Below are positions 16,340 through 24,268 of a stretch of DNA of 32,000 nt, in pieces. The stretch spans positions 140,729 through 172,728 of the forward strand of contig NC_009931.1 of assembly GCF_000018105.1 (NCBI RefSeq), in the 5' to 3' direction. The position numbers and the translations under genes were made by a program. This stretch comes from Acaryochloris marina MBIC11017. Lineage in GTDB: Bacteria > Cyanobacteriota > Cyanobacteriia > Thermosynechococcales > Thermosynechococcaceae. Position 1 is the stretch's first letter. The number at the start of each line of letters is the position of its first letter. A model generated the notes under the pieces. The model searched no databases and was not told the origin of the DNA. It saw only the letters and a list, made by a program, of their open reading frames with translations.

Positions 16340-16560
16340 CTTGTGGTCACTGACCCCCGACTAAAGTACGTGGGCTTGCCTGGTCTCAGCCAGGAGCTAA
16401 GGAGTGACTAGACCATGAGCTACAGACAGTTTCGTACTTCCGGGTATTTCCCTAGCTCGGATAATCTACAAGCCTTCTGAGAGAAGGCGTGGGGTAAAGC
16501 CCAGAAATGCTGACTGTAGTGGTCTTAGGGACATACAACTCGAAAGAGGATTATCTCAAA
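16340..16560 (+). ncRNA. Candidate structured RNA, possibly omega-RNA-like, upstream of an IscB-like stub
   Basis: The segment has no ORF. Local hairpins are CCTGG/CCAGG (16379-16394), GCCTTCT/AGAAGGC (16472-16488) and CTC-GAAA-GAG (about 16549-16558). Long-range complements are AAGTACG/CGTACTT and CTACAG/CTGTAG. Confidence 0.3.
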
Positions 16561-16643
16561 TGATGTTAAGAGTACCTGTCATATCAGCAGAAGGGGAAGC
16601 ACTTATGCCCACCAAGCCCAGACTTCCCACCCAGCTACAGTAA
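16560..16643 (+). pseudogene. 27-codon stub resembling the N-terminus (PLMP region) of IscB/RRXRR-type HNH proteins
   Basis: MMLRVPVISAEGEALMPT compares with the remembered IscB N-terminus VYVISKSGKPLMPT. The similarity ends at the repeat-B boundary (16617). Confidence 0.35.
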
Positions 16644-16797
16644 AAACGACCTCCAACTTCTTTCTATCCCAGAGGTCGTTGAATCCTTTCATTAATTATA
16701 ACGAGGATCCCAAATGACGACGAACCCCTTTTCCGACTACTACGAGCAAGCTTGGATTGACCACCAGACCGACTACGGCCAGCACCCAGACCCATGC
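16617..16797 (+). repeat. Copy B of the diverged 181-bp direct repeat
   Basis: See copy A. It has a 9-bp-stem hairpin, AACGACCTC (16645-16653) with GAGGTCGTT (16672-16680). Confidence 0.8.
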
Positions 16798-16941
16798 ATA
16801 GGACTGCCATCAGACCAGATCCAAGACCGGGTTGCGTCCTTGTTGTCAGAGTTCAATCCGCTGATATCACCTGAGTCTGAGACTGCTCTGAGTATCTGGG
16901 TGGGTATTATCCAGCGATTTTACCGGGATATCTCGGTCTAG
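16714..16941 (+). CDS. Hypothetical 75-aa protein, the intact paralogue of 12761-12868
   Basis: GAGGA lies 6 nt upstream of the ATG. The N-terminus is conserved in copy A. Confidence 0.5.
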   Translation: MTTNPFSDYYEQAWIDHQTDYGQHPDPCIGLPSDQIQDRVASLLSEFNPLISPESETALSIWVGIIQRFYRDISV

Positions 16942-17072
16942 ATGCGATGGTCGTTGACTGCGTTTTGGATAAGGAAAAATATTTAAGGTGATCCTTGGAG
17001 CGAACAGAACGATTTTCCATTGTGGCCCCATGAGTCGACCCAATTAACCACTCGATAGCAAGATTAGATCCC

Positions 17073-17303
17073 ATGTCAGAACCAACTTATAGCGAAGAAA
17101 TAGAAGAACCCACTGCTGATCAAACGGTGTTTCGTCCCTATCCATATTGCCTCTGGTGTCGGTACTTAGCTGCACATTATGATTTTTGTGCGGTTGTGCC
17201 TTTTGGCTGGACTAACGGCCTAATCGAGCGGTGCCCAGAATTTGACTCCGAATATGGGGATGCTGAGACTTTGGCGGTTTTTGATGACATCATTCCGTTT
17301 TGA
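17073..17303 (+). CDS. Hypothetical 76-aa acidic Cys-containing protein
   Basis: Complete ORF; no motif recognised. Confidence 0.35.
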   Translation: MSEPTYSEEIEEPTADQTVFRPYPYCLWCRYLAAHYDFCAVVPFGWTNGLIERCPEFDSEYGDAETLAVFDDIIPF

Positions 17304-17514
17304 ATTTGTGGCGGTTGTGATCCCTCCACCCACATTCCCCACAATCCCAGTGACTCCTCGGTGGTGTTGTCTCCCGGATCGGTCTCTGGCAGTTGGGGCA
17401 TCGTCCCGTGAAAATCGGATGCCAGTCCAACAGTTCCAGCTTCTGTTCGTTCGTCAGATGATTTGAGGGTGACGTGATGGGGGTGCCGTTGTAGAAGACT
17501 TGGGTGGGTTCCAT
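17290..17514 (-). CDS. Small zinc-ribbon protein (74 aa from the internal ATG)
   Basis: CPNCQRP...WDCGECGW. The ATG at 17514 lies 5 nt after the upstream stop. Confidence 0.4.
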   Translation of the reverse strand: MEPTQVFYNGTPITSPSNHLTNEQKLELLDWHPIFTGRCPNCQRPIRETTPPRSHWDCGECGWRDHNRHKFKTE

Positions 17515-17519
17515 TGGAT

Positions 17520-17699
17520 TTAGCTGTTTCGTTGATGGTCGCAAGCATCCCAAACTTCAGCCATTACTCGCACGGCTGCTTCTAGGGGTAAACGCTCCAA
17601 TTTGCTCCTGTGATGAAACTTCAGACTGATTGCTAGCTGCATCTTTAAGGCAGCAATTTCTGGAGAAATATCTGATGCCTGGCTGTTGAGATTCGTCAT
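17520..17699 (-). CDS. Hypothetical 59-aa protein
   Basis: ATG at 17699. It is in tandem with the zinc-ribbon ORF. Confidence 0.35.
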   Translation of the reverse strand: MTNLNSQASDISPEIAALKMQLAISLKFHHRSKLERLPLEAAVRVMAEVWDACDHQRNS

Positions 17700-17909
17700 A
17701 TAAACCACTAATGCGTCTAGAGGCTATTATTCCCCTCTCTGATGATTTCCACATCTTGCCCCACTGTTTTGGGTATGCCCAGCCCCCCAACTATCCCCAG
17801 ATTTGATTGATAGGTTTTGGGTTGAGGCTCGTTTGAAGTCTCTAATGCAGAATGTAGACTCCCTGGAGATGCTGTGCTGTAGGGGGTTTTATTTTGTCCC
17901 TGGCAAGAG

Positions 17910-18734
17910 CTAGGCGGTTCTTTCCATTGTCGTTTGGTCAGTGTTCTTCTGTAATTTCTTCATGATTTTGTTGAGAATCAGTCGAATCCCTTCACGGCTC
18001 AATCCAATCTGTTCACCGATTTCCCTCATCGACTTGGGCTGATCATCCTCCAGTCCAAACCTCTGACTGAGTACAAACTGCTCCCGTTTATCCAGATGAG
18101 CCATTACCTGAGAGAGTTGTTCGTCAAGTTGAAGTGATTCCAGGTAAAGAGTGGGTTGGTCTTCTCCAGCCATTAGATCAAGGAGAGTATCTTTTTGTTG
18201 GTGACCAACGGGTTGATCGAGGGACGATACTTTTTGAAATAGATGCAGTGTGCGACTAATGGTTTTCGGTTTGAGGTTGGTGGCCTTTGCTAATTCAGAC
18301 AGGGATGGTTCTCTGCCCAGCTGTTGATTGAGTTCTCTGAAGTGCTTTTTGATCTTGCTGATCATCTCCCATTGATACTGAGGAAGGTAGATGGGGCGTG
18401 ATTTAGCTCGAAGAGCAGCTGTAACCCCTTGCCGAATCCACCAATAGGCATAAGTGCTGAAACGACAACCTTGAGCGAGGTCGAATTTGTCTACTGCGTT
18501 ACTCAACCCAATACTGCCTTCTTGAATGAGGTCTTGCAGGGGTAATCCTCGATTCTGATGTTTCTTGGCAATGGAGACAACTAGACGCAGATTGCATTCA
18601 ATCAACCGTTGCTTGGCTCGGAGATTTCCTGCATTGACCTGTCTAGCGAGTAGTATTTCTTCTTCGTGGGAAAGGATGGGATATCGGGCTATTTCTTTGA
18701 GGTAGAAATGGAGACTGTCATGCTCAAGAGCCAT
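17910..18734 (-). CDS. Sigma-70 family RNA polymerase sigma factor with regions 2, 3 and 4
   Basis: The motifs are DLIQEGSIGLSNAVDKFD (region 2.2), FSTYAYWWIRQ (2.3/2.4) and SMREIGEQIGLSREGIRLI (4.2 HTH). I prefer the ATG at 18734 over the TTG at 18749. Confidence 0.85.
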   Translation of the reverse strand: MALEHDSLHFYLKEIARYPILSHEEEILLARQVNAGNLRAKQRLIECNLRLVVSIAKKHQNRGLPLQDLIQEGSIGLSNAVDKFDLAQGCRFSTYAYWWIRQGVTAALRAKSRPIYLPQYQWEMISKIKKHFRELNQQLGREPSLSELAKATNLKPKTISRTLHLFQKVSSLDQPVGHQQKDTLLDLMAGEDQPTLYLESLQLDEQLSQVMAHLDKREQFVLSQRFGLEDDQPKSMREIGEQIGLSREGIRLILNKIMKKLQKNTDQTTMERTA

Positions 18735-18821
18735 CACTGAACCTCGCAAACATCATTGGTAGAGAATTACCCCGAATTGCTTGGAATGGGAAGGATAATT
18801 GATGTTTCTTAAGGTTATGAG

Positions 18822-18863
18822 GGATATAAAAAGCTGGCAGGTTAAACGGATTACCCGCCAGCT
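18822..18863 (-). terminator. Intrinsic-terminator-like hairpin in the leader upstream of the sigma gene
   Basis: On the minus strand: AGCUGGCgGG, a 12-nt loop, CCuGCCAGCU, then UUUUAUAU. It lies about 90 nt upstream of the sigma ATG. Confidence 0.45.
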
Positions 18864-19033
18864 TGATTGATAGGACTCGAGTGATTGAATAAGATGATTT
18901 CAGTCTATCAGCCTTAACCTTTTCCTTGTAGTCTTTAATCTCTGAATGCAGGAATTTTCGTTGCTGGGTTTTAGGTATGATTACTATAGAGAGAATGACC
19001 ATTGTTATGGTTGTCTAGCTTACTCTTGCAGAT

Positions 19034-19060
19034 CCCAGCCCAAGATTTGGCTGGGTTTTT
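19034..19060 (+). terminator. Plus-oriented hairpin plus T-tract with no upstream plus-strand gene
   Basis: CCCAGCC, an 8-nt loop, GGCTGGG, then TTTTT. Confidence 0.3.
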
Positions 19061-19062
19061 CA

Positions 19063-19106
19063 TGGCGAACAAAAACTCCCCAGCATTAGACCAAACAGGG
19101 GAGTTT
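19063..19106 (-). terminator. Rho-independent terminator of the cyAbrB-like gene
   Basis: On the minus strand: AAACUCCCC, a 16-nt loop, GGGGAGUUU, then UUGUU. It lies 23 nt after the stop at 19129. Confidence 0.6.
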
Positions 19107-19128
19107 GTTGCATCAGTATTTCAATGGA

Positions 19129-19506
19129 CTAAGCGACCTTGGTCAAATGAATGTGTTTGCGACCGACAGCAATTTCAAATTCATCCCCAGGTTCAAGTTC
19201 TAATGCTTGGGTATAAGCACGACCTACCAAAATATTGCCATTGGTCTGCACACTGACTTTATAACTTGGCTTGCGTCCACCATTGCCATTTCCGTTCGGA
19301 GATTGGCTACCTAAATCAATTCCTTCTGCATCCAAGAGGGCATTGAGGAAGGCGATAGTTTTAATTCGTTCAGAGCCATCTTTGTCAGTCGAAATGTATC
19401 CGCAAGCTTTCGCTTTTTCCTCACGAGTGTAATCACTCAGTTGCTTTACCTTTGCTATTAAGTCTTTTCCTGTTAAGGGTTTAGCTTGCTTCTTCTTTCT
19501 CGGCAT
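19129..19506 (-). CDS. AbrB-family regulator with a C-terminal AbrB/SpoVT domain (cyAbrB-type architecture)
   Basis: The C-terminus is SYKVSVQTNGNILVGRAYTQALELEPGDEFEIAVGRKHIHL. The N-terminus is basic. Confidence 0.7.
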   Translation of the reverse strand: MPRKKKQAKPLTGKDLIAKVKQLSDYTREEKAKACGYISTDKDGSERIKTIAFLNALLDAEGIDLGSQSPNGNGNGGRKPSYKVSVQTNGNILVGRAYTQALELEPGDEFEIAVGRKHIHLTKVA

Positions 19507-19680
19507 GATTTAAAAAATCTCTCTAGCAGTATCACTTTGACCCCTAAATGATTGCATAGAGCTATTAGTTTATGGTTAGCGGATAACCGATCCAATCAGT
19601 CAGGATGATATTGGATATCGAACTTTCACTTAAGAAGTCTCAATTAAAAATGAATGAGAGAATCTGTTAGTAACCCAGCT

Positions 19681-19923
19681 TTAAACTTTAGATAATTCCT
19701 TGGTTTTAGCTGTAGACACAGAATTTTGCCCTTGGGTAGCATCCTGTTTATAAAAGTCTAAGTCTATGGCTGAGCCAATGACTTGACCGTTTGCAGTTAA
19801 TTCATACCACTGACTTGTGAACAGATGCTGAGCAATCGTTGCATGAGACATCCCACACCTAGATATTCCTTCTGGTTTGTCTTTTAGGGGAATACCTCTG
19901 ATGGGATCTTGAGTGCTGGGCAT
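19681..19923 (-). CDS. Hypothetical 80-aa protein
   Basis: Complete ORF; no motif recognised. Confidence 0.35.
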   Translation of the reverse strand: MPSTQDPIRGIPLKDKPEGISRCGMSHATIAQHLFTSQWYELTANGQVIGSAIDLDFYKQDATQGQNSVSTAKTKELSKV

Positions 19924-20123
19924 TTGAAATATCTCCCCAGTTCAATCATCTGGACACATGCTAGAAACCTTACTCAGGTAACTTTAGATTACCCATCAGC
20001 ACGTCCATTGCTAACTCCATGTCGCTTTTGCCCAGAATACTGTCGATGGCTTTACCCTTGATGTCGTCTGCAATGTTCAGAATGCCTTTGAGTGTATGGT
20101 CAATTATGTGTCGCCGACTTTAT

Positions 20124-20489
20124 TTAATCCTCTGTCTCTTGGGGAAATATCAATTCGTTTCCGTCGGGATCTTGTAGTTTTATTGAAGGATATCCCCAAT
20201 AAATTTCCTCGTAAGTTATGTGCATACTTTCGATCATTTCTTTAAACCGGCTTGTTTCAGATTCGGTAAGTGAAATAAATACCCTACCTTGCCCTTTTCG
20301 ATCAAGGTTGCTAGCCAAAATTAGCTCAAAATCACCCCGCGATACTTGTGCCACTAATACCTCTCCGGCCTCGTCATACTTCCAGCTTTGCGTAAAACCA
20401 AGCAAGTCGCGGTAGTAACTAAGGGATTTCTGAACACTGGCAACGGAAAATACTGGTCGTGTGTACCATTTATCTTTTTCTATTGGCAT
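20124..20489 (-). CDS. VOC (glyoxalase/bleomycin-resistance) family protein
   Basis: SLSYYRDLLGFTQSW...ELILA...IKLQDPDGNELIF fits the typical VOC pattern. Confidence 0.7.
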   Translation of the reverse strand: MPIEKDKWYTRPVFSVASVQKSLSYYRDLLGFTQSWKYDEAGEVLVAQVSRGDFELILASNLDRKGQGRVFISLTESETSRFKEMIESMHITYEEIYWGYPSIKLQDPDGNELIFPQETED

Positions 20490-20620
20490 GATGCTCTCAG
20501 CCTACTAGACACATAACTATCGTTGGAAGCGTATTAGATCCCTAGTTTGCAATAAATTTGTCAAAAATTACTAAAATTTGCCAGAAAATAGATGATTATT
20601 CAGAATAGAATAGAGACCTA

Positions 20621-20755
20621 TTATGCTTCCTCTGCTTGATCAATGACCGTATTGAGGGCATCAACAATTGGGCCATCGTCTGAGTAGCTTTCTAGCTCTG
20701 CTACTCAGACCATTGCATCGTCATTTTCAAAGCTACCTGGCCCCCATGTGCCCAT
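20621..20755 (-). pseudogene. DUF4259-like remnant with an in-frame TGA
   Basis: MGTWGPGSFENDDAMV-TGA-VAELESYSDDGPIVDALNTVIDQAEEA. The TGA sits where family members carry Trp, by my recollection of the family, and the ORF is also short. Confidence 0.45.
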
Positions 20756-20889
20756 AGCTCAAAGTCCTGATGAACTCAAAAAAATAATCTACTTTGAGGA
20801 CAGAGGATAAACCAATGAATGAAAGAAGAATAAGTTTGCTAAGACTCAATTCGTTAAGCTAAGGCTAGTAGAGTTAACGAGGTTACGGC

Positions 20890-21225
20890 ATGAGGAAACG
20901 AATCACCGCAGCGCTACTGACTACAGGCTTATCTCTACTGATATCAGGGGTAGCTTGGGCAGAATCAGAAGACCGCCGGAAAGCTGAGGCTGAATCTGCT
21001 CCTGTAGTGACGCATCTTGTTTTGCGTAATCACACAATCACGATGACTGCTGCGCCAGAAGGCCATCTTTATACAGTGGGTAATGCTGTTTCTGGAGAAA
21101 TTCTCCATGTGGCTCTCACAGAGGTGGAGATGGAATCGCAATATCCCAGACTAATGAGGTTGTTACAGCCCGCTGTCGCGGATGAAGATACAACCCTGAT
21201 GATGCTAGCTCCAGTTGAAAGATAA
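20890..21225 (+). CDS. Secreted hypothetical protein (111 aa)
   Basis: The signal peptide is MRKRITAALLTTGLSLLISGVAWA/E. Confidence 0.5.
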   Translation: MRKRITAALLTTGLSLLISGVAWAESEDRRKAEAESAPVVTHLVLRNHTITMTAAPEGHLYTVGNAVSGEILHVALTEVEMESQYPRLMRLLQPAVADEDTTLMMLAPVER

Positions 21226-21262
21226 GTCTCATTTAAACTTGAAGATTCCTAGCCATCGGCCT

Positions 21263-21772
21263 CTACTGCTCAAGGCTGACAATTCGACCATCAGGGAAAA
21301 TGGTCTCGTTTAAGATGGCATCTTCCAAATTCTTGAGATTGACCTTAGCCCCGGATAGATCAGCTCCCGTTAAGTCAGCATTCTTAAAATCAGTTTCTCT
21401 TAAATCTGCGTCCCTCAGATTTGCTCCTTGTAGGATGGCATCTGTCAGGACAGCTCGACAGAGTATCGAACTTCGCAAATCCGCCCCTGTCAAATTTGCT
21501 GTGGTGAGTAAGGCATTAGTGAGATTAGCTTCTTTCAAATTTGCTCCAGATAAATTGGCTGAAATCAGCCCTGCTGCTTGCAAGTTTGCCTGTTGGAATG
21601 ATGTACCGATAAATGTTGCCCCATGCAGGATGGCATTGGTGAGATTCGCTTTGGCAAAAGAGGCATGGGCTAGGTTCTGCAGGCCGAGATTACAGGCTTC
21701 CAAGTCTATCCCCATAAAAGAACGTTGACCTTGAGCGTACCTTTTGGGGATGTCTGTTTTATCTTCAGCCAT
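21263..21772 (-). CDS. Pentapeptide-repeat protein
   Basis: A(N/D)LxG-type pentapeptides run throughout. The ATG at 21772 gives MAEDK. Confidence 0.8.
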   Translation of the reverse strand: MAEDKTDIPKRYAQGQRSFMGIDLEACNLGLQNLAHASFAKANLTNAILHGATFIGTSFQQANLQAAGLISANLSGANLKEANLTNALLTTANLTGADLRSSILCRAVLTDAILQGANLRDADLRETDFKNADLTGADLSGAKVNLKNLEDAILNETIFPDGRIVSLEQ

Positions 21773-22099
21773 AGTTTGACGACGTTTAAGCGTCGATATA
21801 CACAACTAGAGCTTCTACTATATCTTTACTAGCAATCTCTCATATCCTGCACCAAGATATGCGTGAAAAACTGCCGAAGAAATAAACAGAGGTCGCAAGC
21901 TTTTCTCTAAGAAATAATATTGATGATCACAAAAAAGACAAGGGTAAACCAGAGAAGGCCAACGAGGACATAGATGGTGTTTCTCATAACGAAACCTCCT
22001 AAGTAGCAATCGCTAAATATGGGCTAAGCACACATCAATAAGCCACTGAAGCAACTGAGACGATTCTGCTTCGAACTTTCCCTGAAAACCTTGATTCCA

Positions 22100-22513
22100 T
22101 CATAGCTTTTGGGGCTGGATAACTTGAAGGTCAATCTCGCGGATCCAGACGTTACTGAATTCTTCAAACCCAGCCCCAGGTGTCATGTCAGGGATGATGC
22201 TACCTGCTCTTTGGGCAGTAAACGCCTTTCGCCACAACTCCCAATCTTTTTGGGAGGGGGAATGAATGTCATTACAATACACTGACCAGCTTTCTTGCTG
22301 AACCTTGGAACGCTGGATATGAAGTCCTGTTACTTGTACTTGAATCAGGTTTTCATCGATCAAGTCTTGGATGAATGCAGGATGTTGACTCGGTGGTTCA
22401 TCCTGACCCGTTACAGGAAATTCATATGAAAGATTAATGATTTCATTGGGATGTTTGATGGCGATACTAAGCAACTCCGACTGTTGTGGTTTCAGTGATG
22501 GGATGCAATTCAT
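22100..22513 (-). CDS. Hypothetical protein (137 aa)
   Basis: Complete ORF; no motif recognised. Confidence 0.45.
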   Translation of the reverse strand: MNCIPSLKPQQSELLSIAIKHPNEIINLSYEFPVTGQDEPPSQHPAFIQDLIDENLIQVQVTGLHIQRSKVQQESWSVYCNDIHSPSQKDWELWRKAFTAQRAGSIIPDMTPGAGFEEFSNVWIREIDLQVIQPQKL

Positions 22514-22811
22514 GGCTTCAGTTCAGGGGTATTGATGCCTAGGATAAATGATGTGGAGAGAATTCTGTATCTACCTAGAAGCTGAGATATCTCAATGATT
22601 GTTTTAGTAATTTGTTGAAACTAGATTTGCGAACGCATCTCTGATACCACCACACTCAAACTTCCCTCACGCCCCCGCCCGAACAACCACCGAGGGATCT
22701 GCGGGCCTAGCGAACAGCCAGAGGTAGATACTAGAGGTTCCGAGGACAAGACCGAGGAGCAGGCTGTGGTTGTTTTGAGTTGAGTGATACGGGTTGCGAT
22801 CGGTGCTTTAG

Positions 22812-23474
22812 TTAGCTCAAGCTTTGGTGGACACTCATACTTTGCAAAATGCTGGCAATAGAATGAACATCGGTCAGCAAAACGCCCTGCACCTTAGTAT
22901 TCAAGATTGATTGATCAACTTGGCTTCCAACAAAACATAAAACTGGTTTTACCCAAGTAACTGCCCTACTTTTTTGGAGTTGTCCTGCTTGTCCTTTCAC
23001 CGCCTTGAGGATGCTTTTGCCTTTTGGGAAAGGGTAAATTTTTCTGCCGTATTGCTTGGATAATTCATGTCCTTTGAGAACGATGGTTCCTTTGCCTGAT
23101 TTAGTGTCAATACAGAAATGTTTCCCCGATGGCGAGATGGCGAGATGATCGATATTGCCCCATCTTGGGACAGGAATATCATGCTCGATGGTCCAGTTAT
23201 AGGCTCGAAGCTGATTCAGGGTTGCACCAACCGTCTCCTCTGCTCTGGCTCCTTGGGCTGCTTGATTGGCTCGCCTCCAGTAGTAGTTGCCAGCCAGTAT
23301 GCTAAGCCCACCAACGATGATCGAGAGTGCCCAAGCCTGTGAGTCAGACTTGAGAAGTGAACTGAGGATTGAGTGCCCTTGCACAACCACGAAGAGAGCT
23401 AACCCGAAAGATATGAAAGCTTTAAGCCTTCTTAGTCGAGCCATTCTTCTGGTTGATTGCCCTGGCTTAGTCAT
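22812..23474 (-). CDS. Membrane-anchored NERD (nuclease-related) domain protein
   Basis: Two N-terminal TM helices precede GARAEETVGATL...WGNIDHLAISPSGKHFCIDTKSGKG, a NERD-like core. Confidence 0.65.
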   Translation of the reverse strand: MTKPGQSTRRMARLRRLKAFISFGLALFVVVQGHSILSSLLKSDSQAWALSIIVGGLSILAGNYYWRRANQAAQGARAEETVGATLNQLRAYNWTIEHDIPVPRWGNIDHLAISPSGKHFCIDTKSGKGTIVLKGHELSKQYGRKIYPFPKGKSILKAVKGQAGQLQKSRAVTWVKPVLCFVGSQVDQSILNTKVQGVLLTDVHSIASILQSMSVHQSLS

Positions 23475-23494
23475 TAGACTTTGTTACTAGGGTG

Positions 23495-23701
23495 TTACTT
23501 CAACTGCAACCACAACTCAATACCATTGCGGGCCAGGATAAGCAGGCTGGCCGCGATGACAGTAGACACAAGAGCGGTCACCAATCCATTGAAAAGATTG
23601 TCAAGGCGGTTGTTAGTACGTTGAATGTCGGAGTCAATCTTATCGAGGCGTTCAAGAACTTGACGCTGAAAGTCTTCTGGCTGTGGAGTCGTTGATGTCA
23701 T
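23495..23701 (-). CDS. 68-aa protein with a helical N-terminus and one C-terminal TM
   Basis: An ATGA overlap joins it to the upstream HTH gene. The TM segment is LVTALVSTVIAASLLILA. Confidence 0.5.
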   Translation of the reverse strand: MTSTTPQPEDFQRQVLERLDKIDSDIQRTNNRLDNLFNGLVTALVSTVIAASLLILARNGIELWLQLK

Positions 23702-23934
23702 GATTGCTTTTTACCGTGAAACTTTTTATGACTAGCAGCCGCTGCTGCTATCGCATCATCAAGAGAGCATTGATAAGTCTTTAAGAACTGGGGGATCTCA
23801 CTAATAGGGAGTCGTGGCTCGTGTCTGCCACTTTCCCAGTTACGAACAGTCGAAAGCGCCACATTTAGTTCAACAGCGATTTCTTCAGGTCTTTTATTTA
23901 GTCTTTCTCTAAGCTGTTTCATGTCCATAGTCAA
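23698..23934 (-). CDS. XRE-family HTH regulator (78 aa)
   Basis: PEEIAVELNVALSTVRNWESGRHEP. A TTG start has GAGGT 6 nt upstream; alternative ATGs lie at 23928 and 23922. Confidence 0.65.
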   Translation of the reverse strand: MTMDMKQLRERLNKRPEEIAVELNVALSTVRNWESGRHEPRLPISEIPQFLKTYQCSLDDAIAAAAASHKKFHGKKQS

Positions 23935-23957
23935 TAGACTACCTCGACATCATAACA

Positions 23958-24007
23958 CTGTTAACTAAATTAATTAACTAAATTAGTTAACAAGTGTAGT
24001 TAACTAG
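23958..24007. promoter_or_regulatory. GTTAAC/TTAACTAAATT repeat cluster, a putative operator in the divergent promoter region
   Basis: TTAACTAAATT occurs at 23961 and 23974. GTTAAC palindromes occur at 23960, 23986 and 23999. Confidence 0.45.
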
Positions 24008-24268
24008 ACTAATATGTTTATATACCAAAGGGAAAGGAAAGCGCCCCGAAAGGCTTCCACCTCAACTAAATAAGTGAGTTCTACGAAGTGCTAGGTCACC
24101 CTGCTGAATACCGCAGACACGAAACCGGGGTAACGCTGGATTACGGTCTGAATGCCCTCGGTGGATGAATTAAAAGTTCAAAAACTATTCCCAAGTCAAA
24201 GCGGAAGAGAAACGGGTTGCAATCGACTCTCTTCCGCTGGCTTATTACAAACCAAGGAGATTCTAACA

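Noticed and set aside
18724-19002. 92-aa minus-strand ORF upstream of and overlapping the sigma factor start
   Set aside because: It reads straight through a terminator-like hairpin and into the sigma gene. Its composition is odd, so the region is more likely a non-coding leader or sRNA.
19002-19256. 84-aa plus-strand ORF overlapping the cyAbrB-like gene and its terminator
   Set aside because: It starts at TTG, runs through two terminator hairpins, and is antisense to a well-supported gene.
19976-20120. Open minus-strand frame without a start codon (...IIDHTLKGILNIADDIKGKAIDSILGKSDMELAMDVLMGNLKLPE-stop) between the VOC gene and the 80-aa ORF
   Set aside because: The only ATGs are in the last 16 codons, and I could not recognise a family. 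It is probably the 3' remnant of a decayed gene, and the evidence is too weak to annotate.
21300-21728. 142-aa plus-strand ORF opposite the pentapeptide-repeat gene
   Set aside because: Antisense frames of pentapeptide repeats are commonly open. The translation (SA.LKS repeats) mirrors the repeat and shows no independent features.
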